DNA of 64,000 nt from Saprospiraceae bacterium (GCA_022844265.1 JALHMA010000001.1:18260-82259); one strand, 5' to 3'; positions 8,085 through 18,368 are shown, counted from the first letter of the stretch. Numbers and translations: made by a program. The notes: generated by a model from the sequence alone, not told the origin.

Positions 8085-10262
8085 ATGTTGAAAAAGCTAC
8101 TATTCAGCGCTGTCGGACTGATGGCGGCCTCTATATTAATTGCCCAGGAAAAAGCGGATACGCTTACTTCGGTACATCTGCGCATGATAGATGTAAATGC
8201 ACAGATAGAACAAATTGCCCGCCTTCCACAATCACAGGGCGCCTATCTCTGGGCCGGCAAAAAGAATGAAGTCATCAACCTTCAGCATATGGACGCCAAT
8301 ATCGCCGAAAAAACGGCCCGCCAGATTTTTGCAAAGGTGCCGGGTGTTTTTGTGTACGATATGGATGGTACGGGCAATCAAACTAATATCAGCACGCGGG
8401 GGCTCGATCCGCACAGGGGCTGGGAGTTCAATATCCGCACCAACGGCACAATGACCAATTCGGATATCTACGGTTATCCGGCCAGCCATTTTAGTCTGCC
8501 TATGGAGGCGGTCGGTCGTATCGAATTGATTCGCGGTACCGGCGCGCTGCAATACGGCGCACAGTTTGGCGGCATGTTGAATTATGTACTGAAGCAGCCC
8601 GATACTTCAAAGTCCATTGGCTGGGAAACCATTAATTCAATGGGTTCTTACGGTCTTTTGAGCACCTACAACGCTCTTGGAGGCAAAATCGGAAAATTAC
8701 AGTATTACGCCTTTTACAGCAAACGAATATCCGACGGATACCGCGACAACAGTGAGTCGGACTACGACGGTCAGGGAATTGTGTTGAAATACGCGGCAGG
8801 TAAAAACCTGACGATTGGCGCCGAATTGCTGCGCTCTCATTACATCTACCACATTCCGGGGCCGCTCACAGACGCCATGTTCCAGTCCAACCCCCGCCAG
8901 TCGACCCGTGCGCGCAATTATTACAGTCCTGAAATTTATGTGCCTTCCCTGTCCCTGGAATGGAAAACAGGCGCCCGTAGCATCCTCGCCTGGAAGGCAT
9001 CAGCCGTTTTGGGCGAACGCCGCAGCGTGATGATCGACCGCACGGCTAATATTGCAGACACCATCAACCGCACCACTTTTGACTACAACCCGCGGGTGGT
9101 GGATATTGACGGCTTTAACAGTTACACTACTGAACTGCGTTTTTTGCAGCATTATACCTTGCGGGGCAATACTTCTACACTCTCGGCAGGCGCGCAATAC
9201 ATCAACAACGACCTGAACCGTCGACAGCAAGGTAAAGGCACGACCGGTTCCGATTATGATTTAACTATTCTCCCCAACAGTTGGGGACGCGACCTGCACC
9301 TGAAAAGCCAGAATATAGCGCTATTCATTGAAAACAAATTTCAACTGAGCCGCCGGTTCTCCCTCAGTCCGGGCATTCGATACGAGACAGGCGATACCAG
9401 ACTTTCGGGCGTGACCACCTATTACGACCCGAATGAACTGCCTAACACGATCAAACGCAATTTTCCTTTACTGGGAATAAGTACTGATTACCAGTTGAAC
9501 AGTCGACAAAACATCTACGCCGGTTTCTCCCAGGCTTATCGCCCGGTTATTTTTAAAGATATTATTCCAGCCTCGGTTCTGGAACGTTCGGATAAAAACC
9601 TGAAAGATGCGTTCGGCTATAATGCGGAATTAGGCTGGCGCGGCGCTGCCGGTGGTTTCAAATGGGATTTGAGCGTGTTCCGTTTGCAGTACAATAATCG
9701 CCTCGGAAGCGTGTCGTTACAGGAAGGCAATACCTTTTATATCCTGCGCACCAACATCGGCAATACGGTCACACATGGCCTGGAAGCATTCGTTGAATAT
9801 GGTTTCCATCTCTCGGATGCCGTTCGCTGCAATATTTTTACTTCAACAGCCTTCTTTGATGCAAAATATGAAAATGCAGCGATTCGTTCCGGCGATAAAA
9901 ACATCGACGTATCAGGCAACAGGGTAGAGAGTGTGCCTGACGTGATTTCCCGCAATGGCGCCAGTTTAAAATATAAAAAATTCAGCGTCTCTGCCTTGTA
10001 CAGTTATACGGCAGAAACTTTTGCAGATCCGCAAAATACGGTAGCGCCTTCCGCTACCGGGGCGGTAGGGCTGGTTCCCGCTTATGGCCTGCTGGATGTA
10101 AATGCTTCTTATCGCTTCTATCCCAATATGGCCTTGCGCTTGAGCGTCAACAATATCACCAATGAACAATATTTTACCAAACGCCCGACATTTTATCCGG
10201 GGCCTGGCATCTGGCCTTCAGACGGACGAAGCGCAGTATTAACTTTATCGGTAAAGTTGTAA
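8085..10262 (+). CDS. TonB-dependent outer-membrane receptor
   Basis: The plug region reads IELIRGTGALQYGAQFGGMLN. A long beta-barrel follows, ending in an aromatic C-terminal motif (LTLSVKL). The start is trimmed to MLKKLLFSAVGL. Confidence 0.85.
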   Translation: MLKKLLFSAVGLMAASILIAQEKADTLTSVHLRMIDVNAQIEQIARLPQSQGAYLWAGKKNEVINLQHMDANIAEKTARQIFAKVPGVFVYDMDGTGNQTNISTRGLDPHRGWEFNIRTNGTMTNSDIYGYPASHFSLPMEAVGRIELIRGTGALQYGAQFGGMLNYVLKQPDTSKSIGWETINSMGSYGLLSTYNALGGKIGKLQYYAFYSKRISDGYRDNSESDYDGQGIVLKYAAGKNLTIGAELLRSHYIYHIPGPLTDAMFQSNPRQSTRARNYYSPEIYVPSLSLEWKTGARSILAWKASAVLGERRSVMIDRTANIADTINRTTFDYNPRVVDIDGFNSYTTELRFLQHYTLRGNTSTLSAGAQYINNDLNRRQQGKGTTGSDYDLTILPNSWGRDLHLKSQNIALFIENKFQLSRRFSLSPGIRYETGDTRLSGVTTYYDPNELPNTIKRNFPLLGISTDYQLNSRQNIYAGFSQAYRPVIFKDIIPASVLERSDKNLKDAFGYNAELGWRGAAGGFKWDLSVFRLQYNNRLGSVSLQEGNTFYILRTNIGNTVTHGLEAFVEYGFHLSDAVRCNIFTSTAFFDAKYENAAIRSGDKNIDVSGNRVESVPDVISRNGASLKYKKFSVSALYSYTAETFADPQNTVAPSATGAVGLVPAYGLLDVNASYRFYPNMALRLSVNNITNEQYFTKRPTFYPGPGIWPSDGRSAVLTLSVKL

Positions 10263-10292
10263 AAATCACGCTCGTTTGGATTTTGAAAAAGG

Positions 10293-10329
10293 AGCCGCCT
10301 GCGATGATTCGGGGCGGCTTCTTTTTTTT
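10293..10329 (+). terminator. Rho-independent terminator downstream of the TonB receptor gene
   Basis: The stem pairs agccgcc (10293-10299) with ggcggct (10313-10319) and is followed by ttcttttttttg. An upstream A-tract makes it potentially bidirectional. Confidence 0.7.
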
Positions 10330-10338
10330 GAAAAAAAA

Positions 10339-10357
10339 TTGTGTGCTATTGACACAT
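10339..10357. promoter_or_regulatory. Candidate AraR-type operator (19-bp palindrome TTGTGTGCTATTGACACAT)
   Basis: It shares the TTGTGT-N7-ACACA dyad with the site at 11229-11247. It lies about 100 nt upstream of the Nudix regulator gene and 17 nt upstream of a TAccTTTG box. Confidence 0.5.
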
Positions 10358-10373
10358 ATCAAAATCTAATTTT

Positions 10374-10381
10374 TACCTTTG
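10374..10381 (+). promoter_or_regulatory. Candidate Bacteroidota -7 promoter box (TACCTTTG)
   Basis: This is an exact match to the TAnnTTTG consensus established for Bacteroidetes sigma-A promoters, 74 nt upstream of ATG 10455. Confidence 0.4.
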
Positions 10382-10454
10382 TTTCAGAACATTGCTTTTA
10401 TAAGGTTTTAGATGACAAGCAGTGTGTTTTCAGACCCTTTTTTGATTTTAAAAT

Positions 10455-11165
10455 ATGATGACTCGATATCCTCACAATACGCGCATTCTGGTTGCAACGG
10501 ATTGTATTATTTTCGGGTTTGACGGAGAACAACTGAAGCTGCTGATCATCAAACGAAATTTTGAACCTGAGGAAGGCAATTGGTCGCTGATGGGAGGTTT
10601 TTTGCATGAGAACGAAGACCTTGAAGTTGGAGCCAAACGAATTTTAAACGACCTGACTGGATTAAACAATATTTATGTGGAACAGCTGGGCGCATTCGGA
10701 AAAGTACATCGCGATCCTGTAGAGCGCACTTTGTCGGTAGCGTTTTTTGCGCTGATCAACATCTACGATCACGACCAGGAAGCGGTAAAAGCGCACAACG
10801 CCAAATGGTTCAGCCTGAAAGAAATACCCGCGTTGATTTTTGATCACGACGAGATGGTATCGATGGCTTTGGATCACCTCCGATACAACGCAGCCTTGCA
10901 CCCAATCGGTTTTGAGTTACTCCCCGAAGAATTTACAATTCCACAGTTGCAGAAACTGTACGAGGCGATTTATGATATGCAACTCGACCGCAGGAATTTT
11001 AGCCGGAAAATTCTTTCAACAGGCCTTTTAATCGATACAGGCTGGAAAAACATACATTCCACCACTAAAAAAGCGATTATGTATCGGCTCGATAAAGTAA
11101 AATACCAAAAAAAATTCTATGCTTTCTGGAATTTCATACCCAATCCTAATCCAAATCATGGTTGA
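10455..11165 (+). CDS. araR: Nudix-domain, NrtR-family transcriptional regulator (AraR-like)
   Basis: The N-terminal Nudix fold has a degenerate Nudix box (GGFLHENEDLEVGAKRILNDLTGL). A C-terminal winged-helix-like region follows (FTIPQLQKLYEAIY...RNFSRKIL). It lies immediately upstream of the arabinose cluster, matching the published Bacteroides AraR arrangement. Confidence 0.7.
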   Translation: MMTRYPHNTRILVATDCIIFGFDGEQLKLLIIKRNFEPEEGNWSLMGGFLHENEDLEVGAKRILNDLTGLNNIYVEQLGAFGKVHRDPVERTLSVAFFALINIYDHDQEAVKAHNAKWFSLKEIPALIFDHDEMVSMALDHLRYNAALHPIGFELLPEEFTIPQLQKLYEAIYDMQLDRRNFSRKILSTGLLIDTGWKNIHSTTKKAIMYRLDKVKYQKKFYAFWNFIPNPNPNHG

Positions 11166-11228
11166 GTTATTTGCGAAAAATCCTTGATTGTCAGACGTTT
11201 AAGCACTGGCATCTTTTTTTTAAATTTA

Positions 11229-11247
11229 TTGTGTCAAAATGACACAA
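11229..11247. promoter_or_regulatory. Candidate AraR-type operator (perfect palindrome TTGTGTCAAAATGACACAA)
   Basis: Perfect 8+3+8 dyad located 37 nt upstream of the first ara-cluster ATG (11284). Confidence 0.55.
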
Positions 11248-11283
11248 ATATAATTTTTGATTACACCGATTAATTAATTGAAT

Positions 11284-13257
11284 ATGAAGAAGCAAATTAT
11301 AATCTTCTTTTGTGTTGCAAGCCTTTTTTCCAGATTGCAAGCACAATCGCCGGCAGTTTTCAAGGTGGATGTGGCGCATCCGGGCGCCGACATATCACCG
11401 AGCATGTGGGGGCTTTTTTTTGAAGACATCAATATGGGCGCCGACGGCGGTTTGTACAGTGAATTGGTGAAAAACCGTTCTTTCGAGTTTTTTAAACCCA
11501 TGATGGGCTGGAAGGAAATAAAAAAGGAAGGAGAAACGGGTAAAATACTGTTGCAAAACCGCCAGGAAAAAAACAGTGCGAACCCGCGCTTTATCCAGGT
11601 GACTGCCAATGCTTCAGCAGGCACATTCGGGCTGATAAATGAAGGTTTTCGGGGCATGGGCTTCAAAAAGGGCGTTTCCTACGACTTTTCTCTTTGGTCG
11701 CGACCACTTTCAGGCAACCTGCAACTGCGCGTGGAATTGCTGAACGCTGCTTCGGAAGTGATTGGAACAGCCGATTTGCCGCTACAGGCCAATAAGGAAT
11801 GGCAGCGCCAGACTGTTCGACTGCAATGTTCGGCAACCGAGCAAAAAGGTAGCCTGCGTATCTGGTTTATGGGGAATGGCGCTGCGGAAATGGATATGAT
11901 TTCACTTTTTCCGACGGATACCTGGAAAAATCGCCCGGGTGGCCTGCGGGCTGATCTGGTGCAACTTTTAGCCGATATGAAACCGGGTTTTTTACGTTTT
12001 CCCGGCGGTTGTATTGTTGAAGGCCACGACCTTACGGAGCGTTATCAATGGAAAAAAACCATCGGTCCGGTAGAGGAACGAACTTCGCTCATTAACCGCT
12101 GGAATTACGAGTTTGCACACCGGCCGACGCCCGATTATTTTCAATCCTTCGGACTCGGTTTTTACGAATATTTCCAACTCTGCGAAGACATTGGCGCCGA
12201 ACCACTGCCCATCCTCAACTGCGGCATGGCCTGCCAGTTCAATACTTCCGAGGTGGTGCCGCTGGACCAACTTGATCCCTATGTGCAGGACGCGCTCGAT
12301 TTGATCGAATTTGCCAATGGCGATACCAATACGCCCTGGGGAAAACTGCGTGCGGAGCTCGGTCACCCGGCGTCGTTCGGACTTAAATTTTTGGGCGTTG
12401 GCAATGAACAGTGGGGAGAACAATACATCGAAAGATTTCAGGTATTTCAAAAAGCAATTAAATCTAAATACCCGAATATCAGCCTGATAACCAGTGCTGG
12501 TCCATTTCCCGACAGCGAACAGTTTCATTACCTTTCCAAAGCTCTTGCTGAACTCAACGCCGACATTGTAGACGAACATTACTACCAGGTACCCGGGTGG
12601 TTTTTGAACAATGCTACCCGCTATGACAAATACGACCGGAAAGGCCCAAAAATATTTGCGGGTGAATACGCTGCGCAAAGCAAACAGACGGTTAGCCCGG
12701 ACAATAAAAACACCTGGCGATGTGCGCTGTCAGAAGCGGCATTTATGACCGGACTCGAACGAAATGCGGATATCGTGCGCCTGGCCTCCTATGCTCCGCT
12801 CATGGCGCATGTAGATGGCTGGCAATGGAAACCGGATATGATCTGGATGGATAACCTGCGTTCCTTCGGTACGCCGAATTATTATGTTCAAAAATTGTAT
12901 GCCACCAACCGGGGCGATCAAATTGTACCAATTTTATATAAAAATGCACCTGCAACAGGTCAGGACAGCCTGTACGCCTCGGCTGCTTTTGACAAGGTCA
13001 ATAATGAAGTGATTGTAAAAATCGTAAACGCCGCAGGTAAAGCGCAAACAAGCGAAATCCTGCTGGATGGCGCAGGAAAACTGCATGCGACAGCCAGGCT
13101 TACCCTGATGCAGAGTAATGACCTGGAAGTGGAAAATTCTTTGGATCAACCCTTTCTCATCAGTCCGGCAGAACATACGTTGGCCGTGAAAAACGGAAAA
13201 CTGAATGCCACCCTTGCCCCCTATTCATTTTCGGTATTTCGGGTAAAATTGCGTTGA
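11284..13257 (+). CDS. GH51-type alpha-L-arabinofuranosidase with N-terminal CBM-like domain
   Basis: It has a signal peptide, FLRFPGGC, GVGNEQWG (catalytic acid/base Glu region) and FAGEYA (nucleophile region). The start is trimmed to the ATG (MKKQIIIFF). Confidence 0.8.
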   Translation: MKKQIIIFFCVASLFSRLQAQSPAVFKVDVAHPGADISPSMWGLFFEDINMGADGGLYSELVKNRSFEFFKPMMGWKEIKKEGETGKILLQNRQEKNSANPRFIQVTANASAGTFGLINEGFRGMGFKKGVSYDFSLWSRPLSGNLQLRVELLNAASEVIGTADLPLQANKEWQRQTVRLQCSATEQKGSLRIWFMGNGAAEMDMISLFPTDTWKNRPGGLRADLVQLLADMKPGFLRFPGGCIVEGHDLTERYQWKKTIGPVEERTSLINRWNYEFAHRPTPDYFQSFGLGFYEYFQLCEDIGAEPLPILNCGMACQFNTSEVVPLDQLDPYVQDALDLIEFANGDTNTPWGKLRAELGHPASFGLKFLGVGNEQWGEQYIERFQVFQKAIKSKYPNISLITSAGPFPDSEQFHYLSKALAELNADIVDEHYYQVPGWFLNNATRYDKYDRKGPKIFAGEYAAQSKQTVSPDNKNTWRCALSEAAFMTGLERNADIVRLASYAPLMAHVDGWQWKPDMIWMDNLRSFGTPNYYVQKLYATNRGDQIVPILYKNAPATGQDSLYASAAFDKVNNEVIVKIVNAAGKAQTSEILLDGAGKLHATARLTLMQSNDLEVENSLDQPFLISPAEHTLAVKNGKLNATLAPYSFSVFRVKLR

Positions 13258-13290
13258 TTTGCTCCTAAACATCCAACAACAAAAAGTAAA

Positions 13291-14781
13291 ATGTTTGATT
13301 TAAAGAAAATGGAGGTGTGGTTTGTCACGGGCAGCCAGCACCTGTATGGTGAAGAAACGTTGCGAAAAGTGGCGGAACATTCTCAAACAATTGCCCGCGC
13401 ACTGGATACTTCGGCCCAAATACCGGTTCGGGTGGTGTTCAAACCGGTGGTGAAGACGCCTGATGAAATTTACCAACTCTGCCAGGCTTCCAATACTGAT
13501 CCGAATTGTATCGGGATTGTCGCCTGGATGCATACGTTTTCCCCGGCTAAAATGTGGATTCGCGGTCTACAAACACTGCAAAAACCAATGTGCCACCTGC
13601 ATACGCAGTTCAACCGCGACATTCCATGGGGCAATATCGATATGGATTTTATGAACCTGAACCAGTCGGCGCATGGCGACCGGGAGTTCGGTTTTATGGT
13701 TTCCCGCTTGCGGCTGCGGCGAAAGGTAGTGGTCGGTCATTGGCAAGACCCGCAGGTACACGATCGGCTGAGCGTCTGGATGCGGGCCGCCGCAGCGCGA
13801 TTTGATTGGCAGGGCGCAAAATTTGCCCGGTTTGGCGACAATATGCGCCAGGTTGCGGTGACGGAAGGCGATAAAGTGGAAGCGGAAATCCAGTTCGGCT
13901 ACTCCGTAAATGGTTATGGCGTTGGCGATTTGGCAAAGTTGATCCGTGAAGTGTCAGATGGCGCCGTTCAACAACTCGTCGATGAATACAATGAAATGTA
14001 TCAACTGTCTTCCGCTCTGCGCAAAGGCGGTGCGGCGCATAACTCCCTGAAAGAAGCAGCCCGTATTGAAATCGGGATGCGCCAATTCCTGGAAGCGGGC
14101 GGTTTTAAAGGATTTACGGATACTTTTGAAGACCTGCACGGTTTAGTACAACTTCCGGGTATTGCCTCGCAGCGCCTTATGGCAGAAGGATACGGCTTCG
14201 GCGCTGAAGGCGACTGGAAAACGGCCGCATTGGTTCGCGCCGCGAAGGTCATGGCTGCCGGTTTGCCCGGCGGTAACTCGTTTATGGAGGATTATACCTA
14301 TCATTTTGATCCTGATAATCAGTTGGTGTTGGGCGCTCACATGCTCGAAATATGCCCTTCCATCGCTTCCGGCAAGCCTGCCTGTGAGATACACCCGCTC
14401 GGTATTGGCGGCAAGGCAGACCCCGTCCGGCTTGTATTCGATGTGGCTGGCGGTGCGGCGCTGAACGCATCGCTGATTGATATGGGCAATCGTTTCCGCC
14501 TCCTCGTCAATGAAGTGGAAGCCGTGGCGCCGACAGAAAAACTGCCCAATTTGCCCATTGCGCGCGTGTTGTGGAAATCATTACCTGACTTGAATACGGC
14601 CTGTGCAGCATGGATTTATGCGGGCGGCGCGCACCACACCGTGTTCAGCCAAAACCTGACGACGGAATACTTTGAGGATTTTGCTGAAATGTTCGACCTC
14701 GAACTGACGGTGATTGATGCAAAAACGGAGTTGCGGCAGTTTAAAAATGAGTTGAGGTGGAGCGAAGCTATTTATAAATGA
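13291..14781 (+). CDS. araA: L-arabinose isomerase
   Basis: The protein is 496 aa and begins [18 protein letters not shown]. It also contains [16 protein letters not shown] and MLEICPSIA, all typical of AraA. Confidence 0.95.
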   Translation: MFDLKKMEVWFVTGSQHLYGEETLRKVAEHSQTIARALDTSAQIPVRVVFKPVVKTPDEIYQLCQASNTDPNCIGIVAWMHTFSPAKMWIRGLQTLQKPMCHLHTQFNRDIPWGNIDMDFMNLNQSAHGDREFGFMVSRLRLRRKVVVGHWQDPQVHDRLSVWMRAAAARFDWQGAKFARFGDNMRQVAVTEGDKVEAEIQFGYSVNGYGVGDLAKLIREVSDGAVQQLVDEYNEMYQLSSALRKGGAAHNSLKEAARIEIGMRQFLEAGGFKGFTDTFEDLHGLVQLPGIASQRLMAEGYGFGAEGDWKTAALVRAAKVMAAGLPGGNSFMEDYTYHFDPDNQLVLGAHMLEICPSIASGKPACEIHPLGIGGKADPVRLVFDVAGGAALNASLIDMGNRFRLLVNEVEAVAPTEKLPNLPIARVLWKSLPDLNTACAAWIYAGGAHHTVFSQNLTTEYFEDFAEMFDLELTVIDAKTELRQFKNELRWSEAIYK

Positions 14782-14920
14782 TGAATGATGAGTGATGAAT
14801 GATGAGTGATGAATGATGAGTGATGAATGATGAATGCCGGGCGCGAAGCCAAACATTTATCATTCATCATTCCCTATTCATCATTCATCACTCATCATTT
14901 ATCATTCATAATTCATCATT
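14779..14920. repeat. Long word-repeat hairpin at the araA|araB junction
   Basis: The left arm is built of TGATGA[AG] words (14779-14836) and the right arm of their complement (14854-14920). The loop is ccgggcgcgaagccaaa. The element begins inside the araA stop codon and ends 4 nt before the araB ATG. Confidence 0.85.
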
Positions 14921-14924
14921 AACT

Positions 14925-16556
14925 ATGAATTATGTTATCGGACTTGACTACGGCACCGACTCCGTTCGCGCCCTGATTGCAGATGCTGCCGACGGGCGGG
15001 AAGTGTCTTCTGCCGTTTTTTACTACCCGCGCTGGAAGGCCGGGAAATACTGCAATCCGGGGGCTTCCATGTTTAGGCAGCATCCGCTCGATTACCTGGA
15101 AGGTTTGGAAGCATCTGTAAAAATGGCTTTGTCGCAGGCGCCTAAAGAAGTGGCTGACAACGTAGTCGGCATATCGGTCGATACAACAGGCTCCACGCCC
15201 GTTGCTGTCGACAAAAATGGTACGCCCTTGGCGTTGCTGCCCGAATTTGCGGAGAACCCGCACGGTATGTTCGTGCTCTGGAAAGACCATACCGCCAATG
15301 CGGAAGCAGAAGAAATTAACACCCTGGCACACCGTTGGGAAATCGATTTTACCAAGTATGTCGGCGGCATATATTCTTCCGAATGGTTTTGGGCAAAAAT
15401 CCTGCGAACCCTGCGGGTAGATGAAGCCGTCCGAAATGCCGCTTTTTCCTGGGTGGAGCATTGCGACTGGCTGTCCGCAGTGCTGCATGGAGATACGAAC
15501 CCGTTGACCCTGAAACGTTCCCGCTGTGCAGCCGGACATAAAGCCATGTGGCACGAAGAATTCGGGGGATTGCCGAGCGAGGCTTTTCTGACGCAACTCG
15601 ATCCGCTACTGGCAGGACTTCGCGATCGGCTTTACCGCCAAACCTACTCGTCAGATATGCCGATGGGTACGATTTCAAAGGAATGGGCACAGCGTCTGGG
15701 TTTACCCGAAAACGTGGTCGTGGGGGTCGGCGCGTTCGATGCCCACATGGGTGCTGTCGGGGCTGGGATCGAGCCGTATTCCCTGGTTCGGGTAATGGGA
15801 ACTTCTACCTGCGATATGTTGATTGCGCCCAACGAAGAGGTTGGCAACTTGCTCATTCGCGGCATTTGCGGACAAGTGGATGGCTCTATTTTGCCCGGCA
15901 TGCTGGGAATGGAAGCCGGTCAATCGGCTTTCGGCGACGTATATGCCTGGTTTCAAAACCTGCTGGCCTGGCCGCTGCGCGAATTTTTAAGCGAAGAAGA
16001 GGCCGAAAAAATGGTACATAAAATAATCCCGGCCCTGTCCGAAAAAGCCGCATTGTTGCCTGTTACGGAACACGATGCGGTAGCGCTTGACTGGTTCAAC
16101 GGCCGCCGTACACCTGATGCGAATCATACGTTGAAAGCAGCCATAGCAGGCTTGAATCTCGGTACGGACGCACCTCAAATATTTAAAGCGCTGGTGGAAT
16201 CCACGGCATTCGGCGCCAGGCGTATTGTCGAACGTTTCCAGTCCGAAGGCGTTCCGATCCGGCAGGTTATCGGCATTGGCGGAGTATCAAAAAAATCACC
16301 TTTTGTGATGCAAAACCTTGCTAATGTGTTGAATATGCCTATCAAAATTGTAGAATCAGAACAAGCCTGCGCACTGGGCGCGGCGATTTGCGCGGCGACG
16401 GCGGCGGGTGTTTACCAGACTATGGCTGCTGCACAGACTGCGATGGCTTCCGGTTATGATGCTACATTTCATCCACAACAGGATAGGGTAGCGGTGTATG
16501 AAAAATTGTATCAGAAGTATTTGGCACTGGGTGGTTTTGTTGAAAATCAATATTAG
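14925..16556 (+). CDS. araB: Ribulokinase
   Basis: It starts MNYVIGLDYGTDSVRAL (FGGY kinase N-terminus) and contains GTSTCDM and GIGGVSKKSPFVMQ. The upstream 35 codons of the track ORF (IIHHSLFIIHHSS...) are a translation of the hairpin and are excluded. Confidence 0.9.
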   Translation: MNYVIGLDYGTDSVRALIADAADGREVSSAVFYYPRWKAGKYCNPGASMFRQHPLDYLEGLEASVKMALSQAPKEVADNVVGISVDTTGSTPVAVDKNGTPLALLPEFAENPHGMFVLWKDHTANAEAEEINTLAHRWEIDFTKYVGGIYSSEWFWAKILRTLRVDEAVRNAAFSWVEHCDWLSAVLHGDTNPLTLKRSRCAAGHKAMWHEEFGGLPSEAFLTQLDPLLAGLRDRLYRQTYSSDMPMGTISKEWAQRLGLPENVVVGVGAFDAHMGAVGAGIEPYSLVRVMGTSTCDMLIAPNEEVGNLLIRGICGQVDGSILPGMLGMEAGQSAFGDVYAWFQNLLAWPLREFLSEEEAEKMVHKIIPALSEKAALLPVTEHDAVALDWFNGRRTPDANHTLKAAIAGLNLGTDAPQIFKALVESTAFGARRIVERFQSEGVPIRQVIGIGGVSKKSPFVMQNLANVLNMPIKIVESEQACALGAAICAATAAGVYQTMAAAQTAMASGYDATFHPQQDRVAVYEKLYQKYLALGGFVENQY

Positions 16557-16563
16557 AAATCAA

Positions 16564-16693
16564 ATGAAACACGGTTTTTTTACCACATAGTTCACATAGG
16601 GGTTTCACATAGATCACATAGCAAAATGATATGGACTATGTGATCTATGTGAAACCCCTATGTGAACTATGTGGTAAAAAAACCGTGTTTCAT
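16564..16693. repeat. Perfect 58-bp inverted repeat with 14-nt loop at the araB|abfA junction
   Basis: I checked base by base that 16564-16621 is the exact reverse complement of 16636-16693. The arms contain the word CACATAG four times. The element ends 14 nt before ATG 16708. Confidence 0.95.
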
Positions 16694-16707
16694 AAAAAAC
16701 ATCAACC

Positions 16708-18243
16708 ATGAAAAAAACGGTCTTACTGATCCTCATTTCAGGCGCTTTTCAGGCGCTTTTCTCCCAGAATCAAATCACCCTGAACGCTGACCTGGGCCGT
16801 GATACCATCAGCCGTCACATCTACGGGCACTTTGCCGAACACCTCGGACGCTGCATCTACGGCGGATTTTACGTAGGTGAAAGCAATACAAAAATCCCCC
16901 ACCGCGACGGTGTACGTACCGACCTGATTGAAGCGTTGAAAAAAATGAAAGTAGGTAACCTGCGCTGGCCGGGCGGTTGTTTTGCCGATACTTACCACTG
17001 GAAAGACGGCATAGGCCCAAAAGACAAACGACCAAGTATGAAAAATGTCTGGTGGGGTGGGGTGACCGAAGACAATAGTTTCGGCACACACGACTTCCTG
17101 AACCTCTGCGAAGCCATCGACGCGGAGCCTTATCTGGCAGGGAACGTGGGCAGCGGTACGGTGAAGGAATTGTCCGACTGGGTGGAATACACCAACCAGG
17201 ATTCCGGTAGCCCGATGACTGAGCTTCGCAAAGCCAATGGCCGCGAAAAACCCTGGAATGTCAAAATATGGGGCGTAGGCAATGAAGCCTGGGGCTGCGG
17301 CGGCAACATGAAGCCCGAGTACTATGCCAATATTTACCGGCAATATGCCACTTTTATGACCGACTGGGGCAACAGCGCCAAACTTTTCCGGGTAGCCTCA
17401 GGCGCCAGTGACGATGATTACAATTGGACGGAAGTGCTCATGCGCGATATCCCGCACAAGATGCTGGAAGGCGTGGCATTGCACCATTATTCTGTGATCG
17501 ACTGGGGTAAAAAAGGCTCCGCGACTAATTTTTCTGAAGAACTGTATTTCAAAACCATGAAAACGGCGCTGGATATGGAGGAATTTGTCACGCGCCACTC
17601 GACCATCATGGACAAATATGATCCGAAGAAAAAAGTTGCGCTCGTTGTAGATGAATGGGGCGGCTGGTACGATGTGGAACCTGGCACCAATCCGGGCTTT
17701 TTGTACCAGCAAAATACCATGCGCGATGCCATGATTGCCGGCACAACGCTGAATATTTTTCACAACCATTGCGACCGTGTTCGCATGGCCAACCTCGCCC
17801 AAACAGTCAATGTACTGCAAGCCGTCATATTAACGGAGGGCGAAAAAATGCTGCTCACGCCGACGTATCACGTACTGGAAATGTACAATGTACACCAGGA
17901 TGCGCTGCTTTTGCCGATTGATGTGAGGGTAAGTAACTATATTTTCGGTACGGAAAAACTGCCTGCCGTTTCTGTTTCAGCCAGCCGCAACAAGGCAGGG
18001 AAAGTGCATATTTCTTTGGTGAATATTGACCCGAATCGTTCGCAGGAAGTCTCGATTTCGTTGCGCGGCGTAGCAGCAAAAAATGTATCAGGGCGTATTT
18101 TGAGTTCCCCTAAAGTACAGGATCACAATACGTTCGATCAACCGGATCGTATCAAACCGGTAGATTTTAAGGGTGCAAGCATCAGCGGTGATGTACTTAA
18201 ATTAACCATGCCTCCGGTATCGGTGGTGGTGCTGGCGTTGTAG
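16708..18243 (+). CDS. abfA: GH51 alpha-L-arabinofuranosidase
   Basis: It contains [22 protein letters not shown] and VDEWGGWY, the canonical AbfA catalytic regions. Confidence 0.9.
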   Translation: MKKTVLLILISGAFQALFSQNQITLNADLGRDTISRHIYGHFAEHLGRCIYGGFYVGESNTKIPHRDGVRTDLIEALKKMKVGNLRWPGGCFADTYHWKDGIGPKDKRPSMKNVWWGGVTEDNSFGTHDFLNLCEAIDAEPYLAGNVGSGTVKELSDWVEYTNQDSGSPMTELRKANGREKPWNVKIWGVGNEAWGCGGNMKPEYYANIYRQYATFMTDWGNSAKLFRVASGASDDDYNWTEVLMRDIPHKMLEGVALHHYSVIDWGKKGSATNFSEELYFKTMKTALDMEEFVTRHSTIMDKYDPKKKVALVVDEWGGWYDVEPGTNPGFLYQQNTMRDAMIAGTTLNIFHNHCDRVRMANLAQTVNVLQAVILTEGEKMLLTPTYHVLEMYNVHQDALLLPIDVRVSNYIFGTEKLPAVSVSASRNKAGKVHISLVNIDPNRSQEVSISLRGVAAKNVSGRILSSPKVQDHNTFDQPDRIKPVDFKGASISGDVLKLTMPPVSVVVLAL

Positions 18244-18274
18244 AAGACTGATAACTAATACAATAGCACACAAG

Positions 18275-18368
18275 TTTTTTTGAGTATTCGAGTATGCGAG
18301 GATTTGAGTATAAATGATTCGTTATCAGTCAGATACTCGAATACTCAAATCTTCAAATACTCAAAAAA
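18275..18368. repeat. GAGTAT/ACTCGAATACTC hairpin element, copy 1 (abfA|araD junction)
   Basis: The 53-nt core at 18302-18354 is identical to 30142-30194. The arms are tttttgagtattcgagtat... and ...atactcgaatactcaaa. A 12-nt direct repeat actgataactaa flanks it (18247-18258 and 18373-18384). Confidence 0.85.

Noticed and set aside
14820-14924. An N-terminal extension of ribulokinase with [20 protein letters not shown] repeats. The mscL (40169-40348) and DUF3667 (53168-53356) ORFs have similar extensions.
   Set aside because: The extensions are translations of word-repeat hairpins or tracts. Canonical protein N-termini begin at internal ATGs (14925, 40349, 53357), and the extensions overlap upstream genes or elements.
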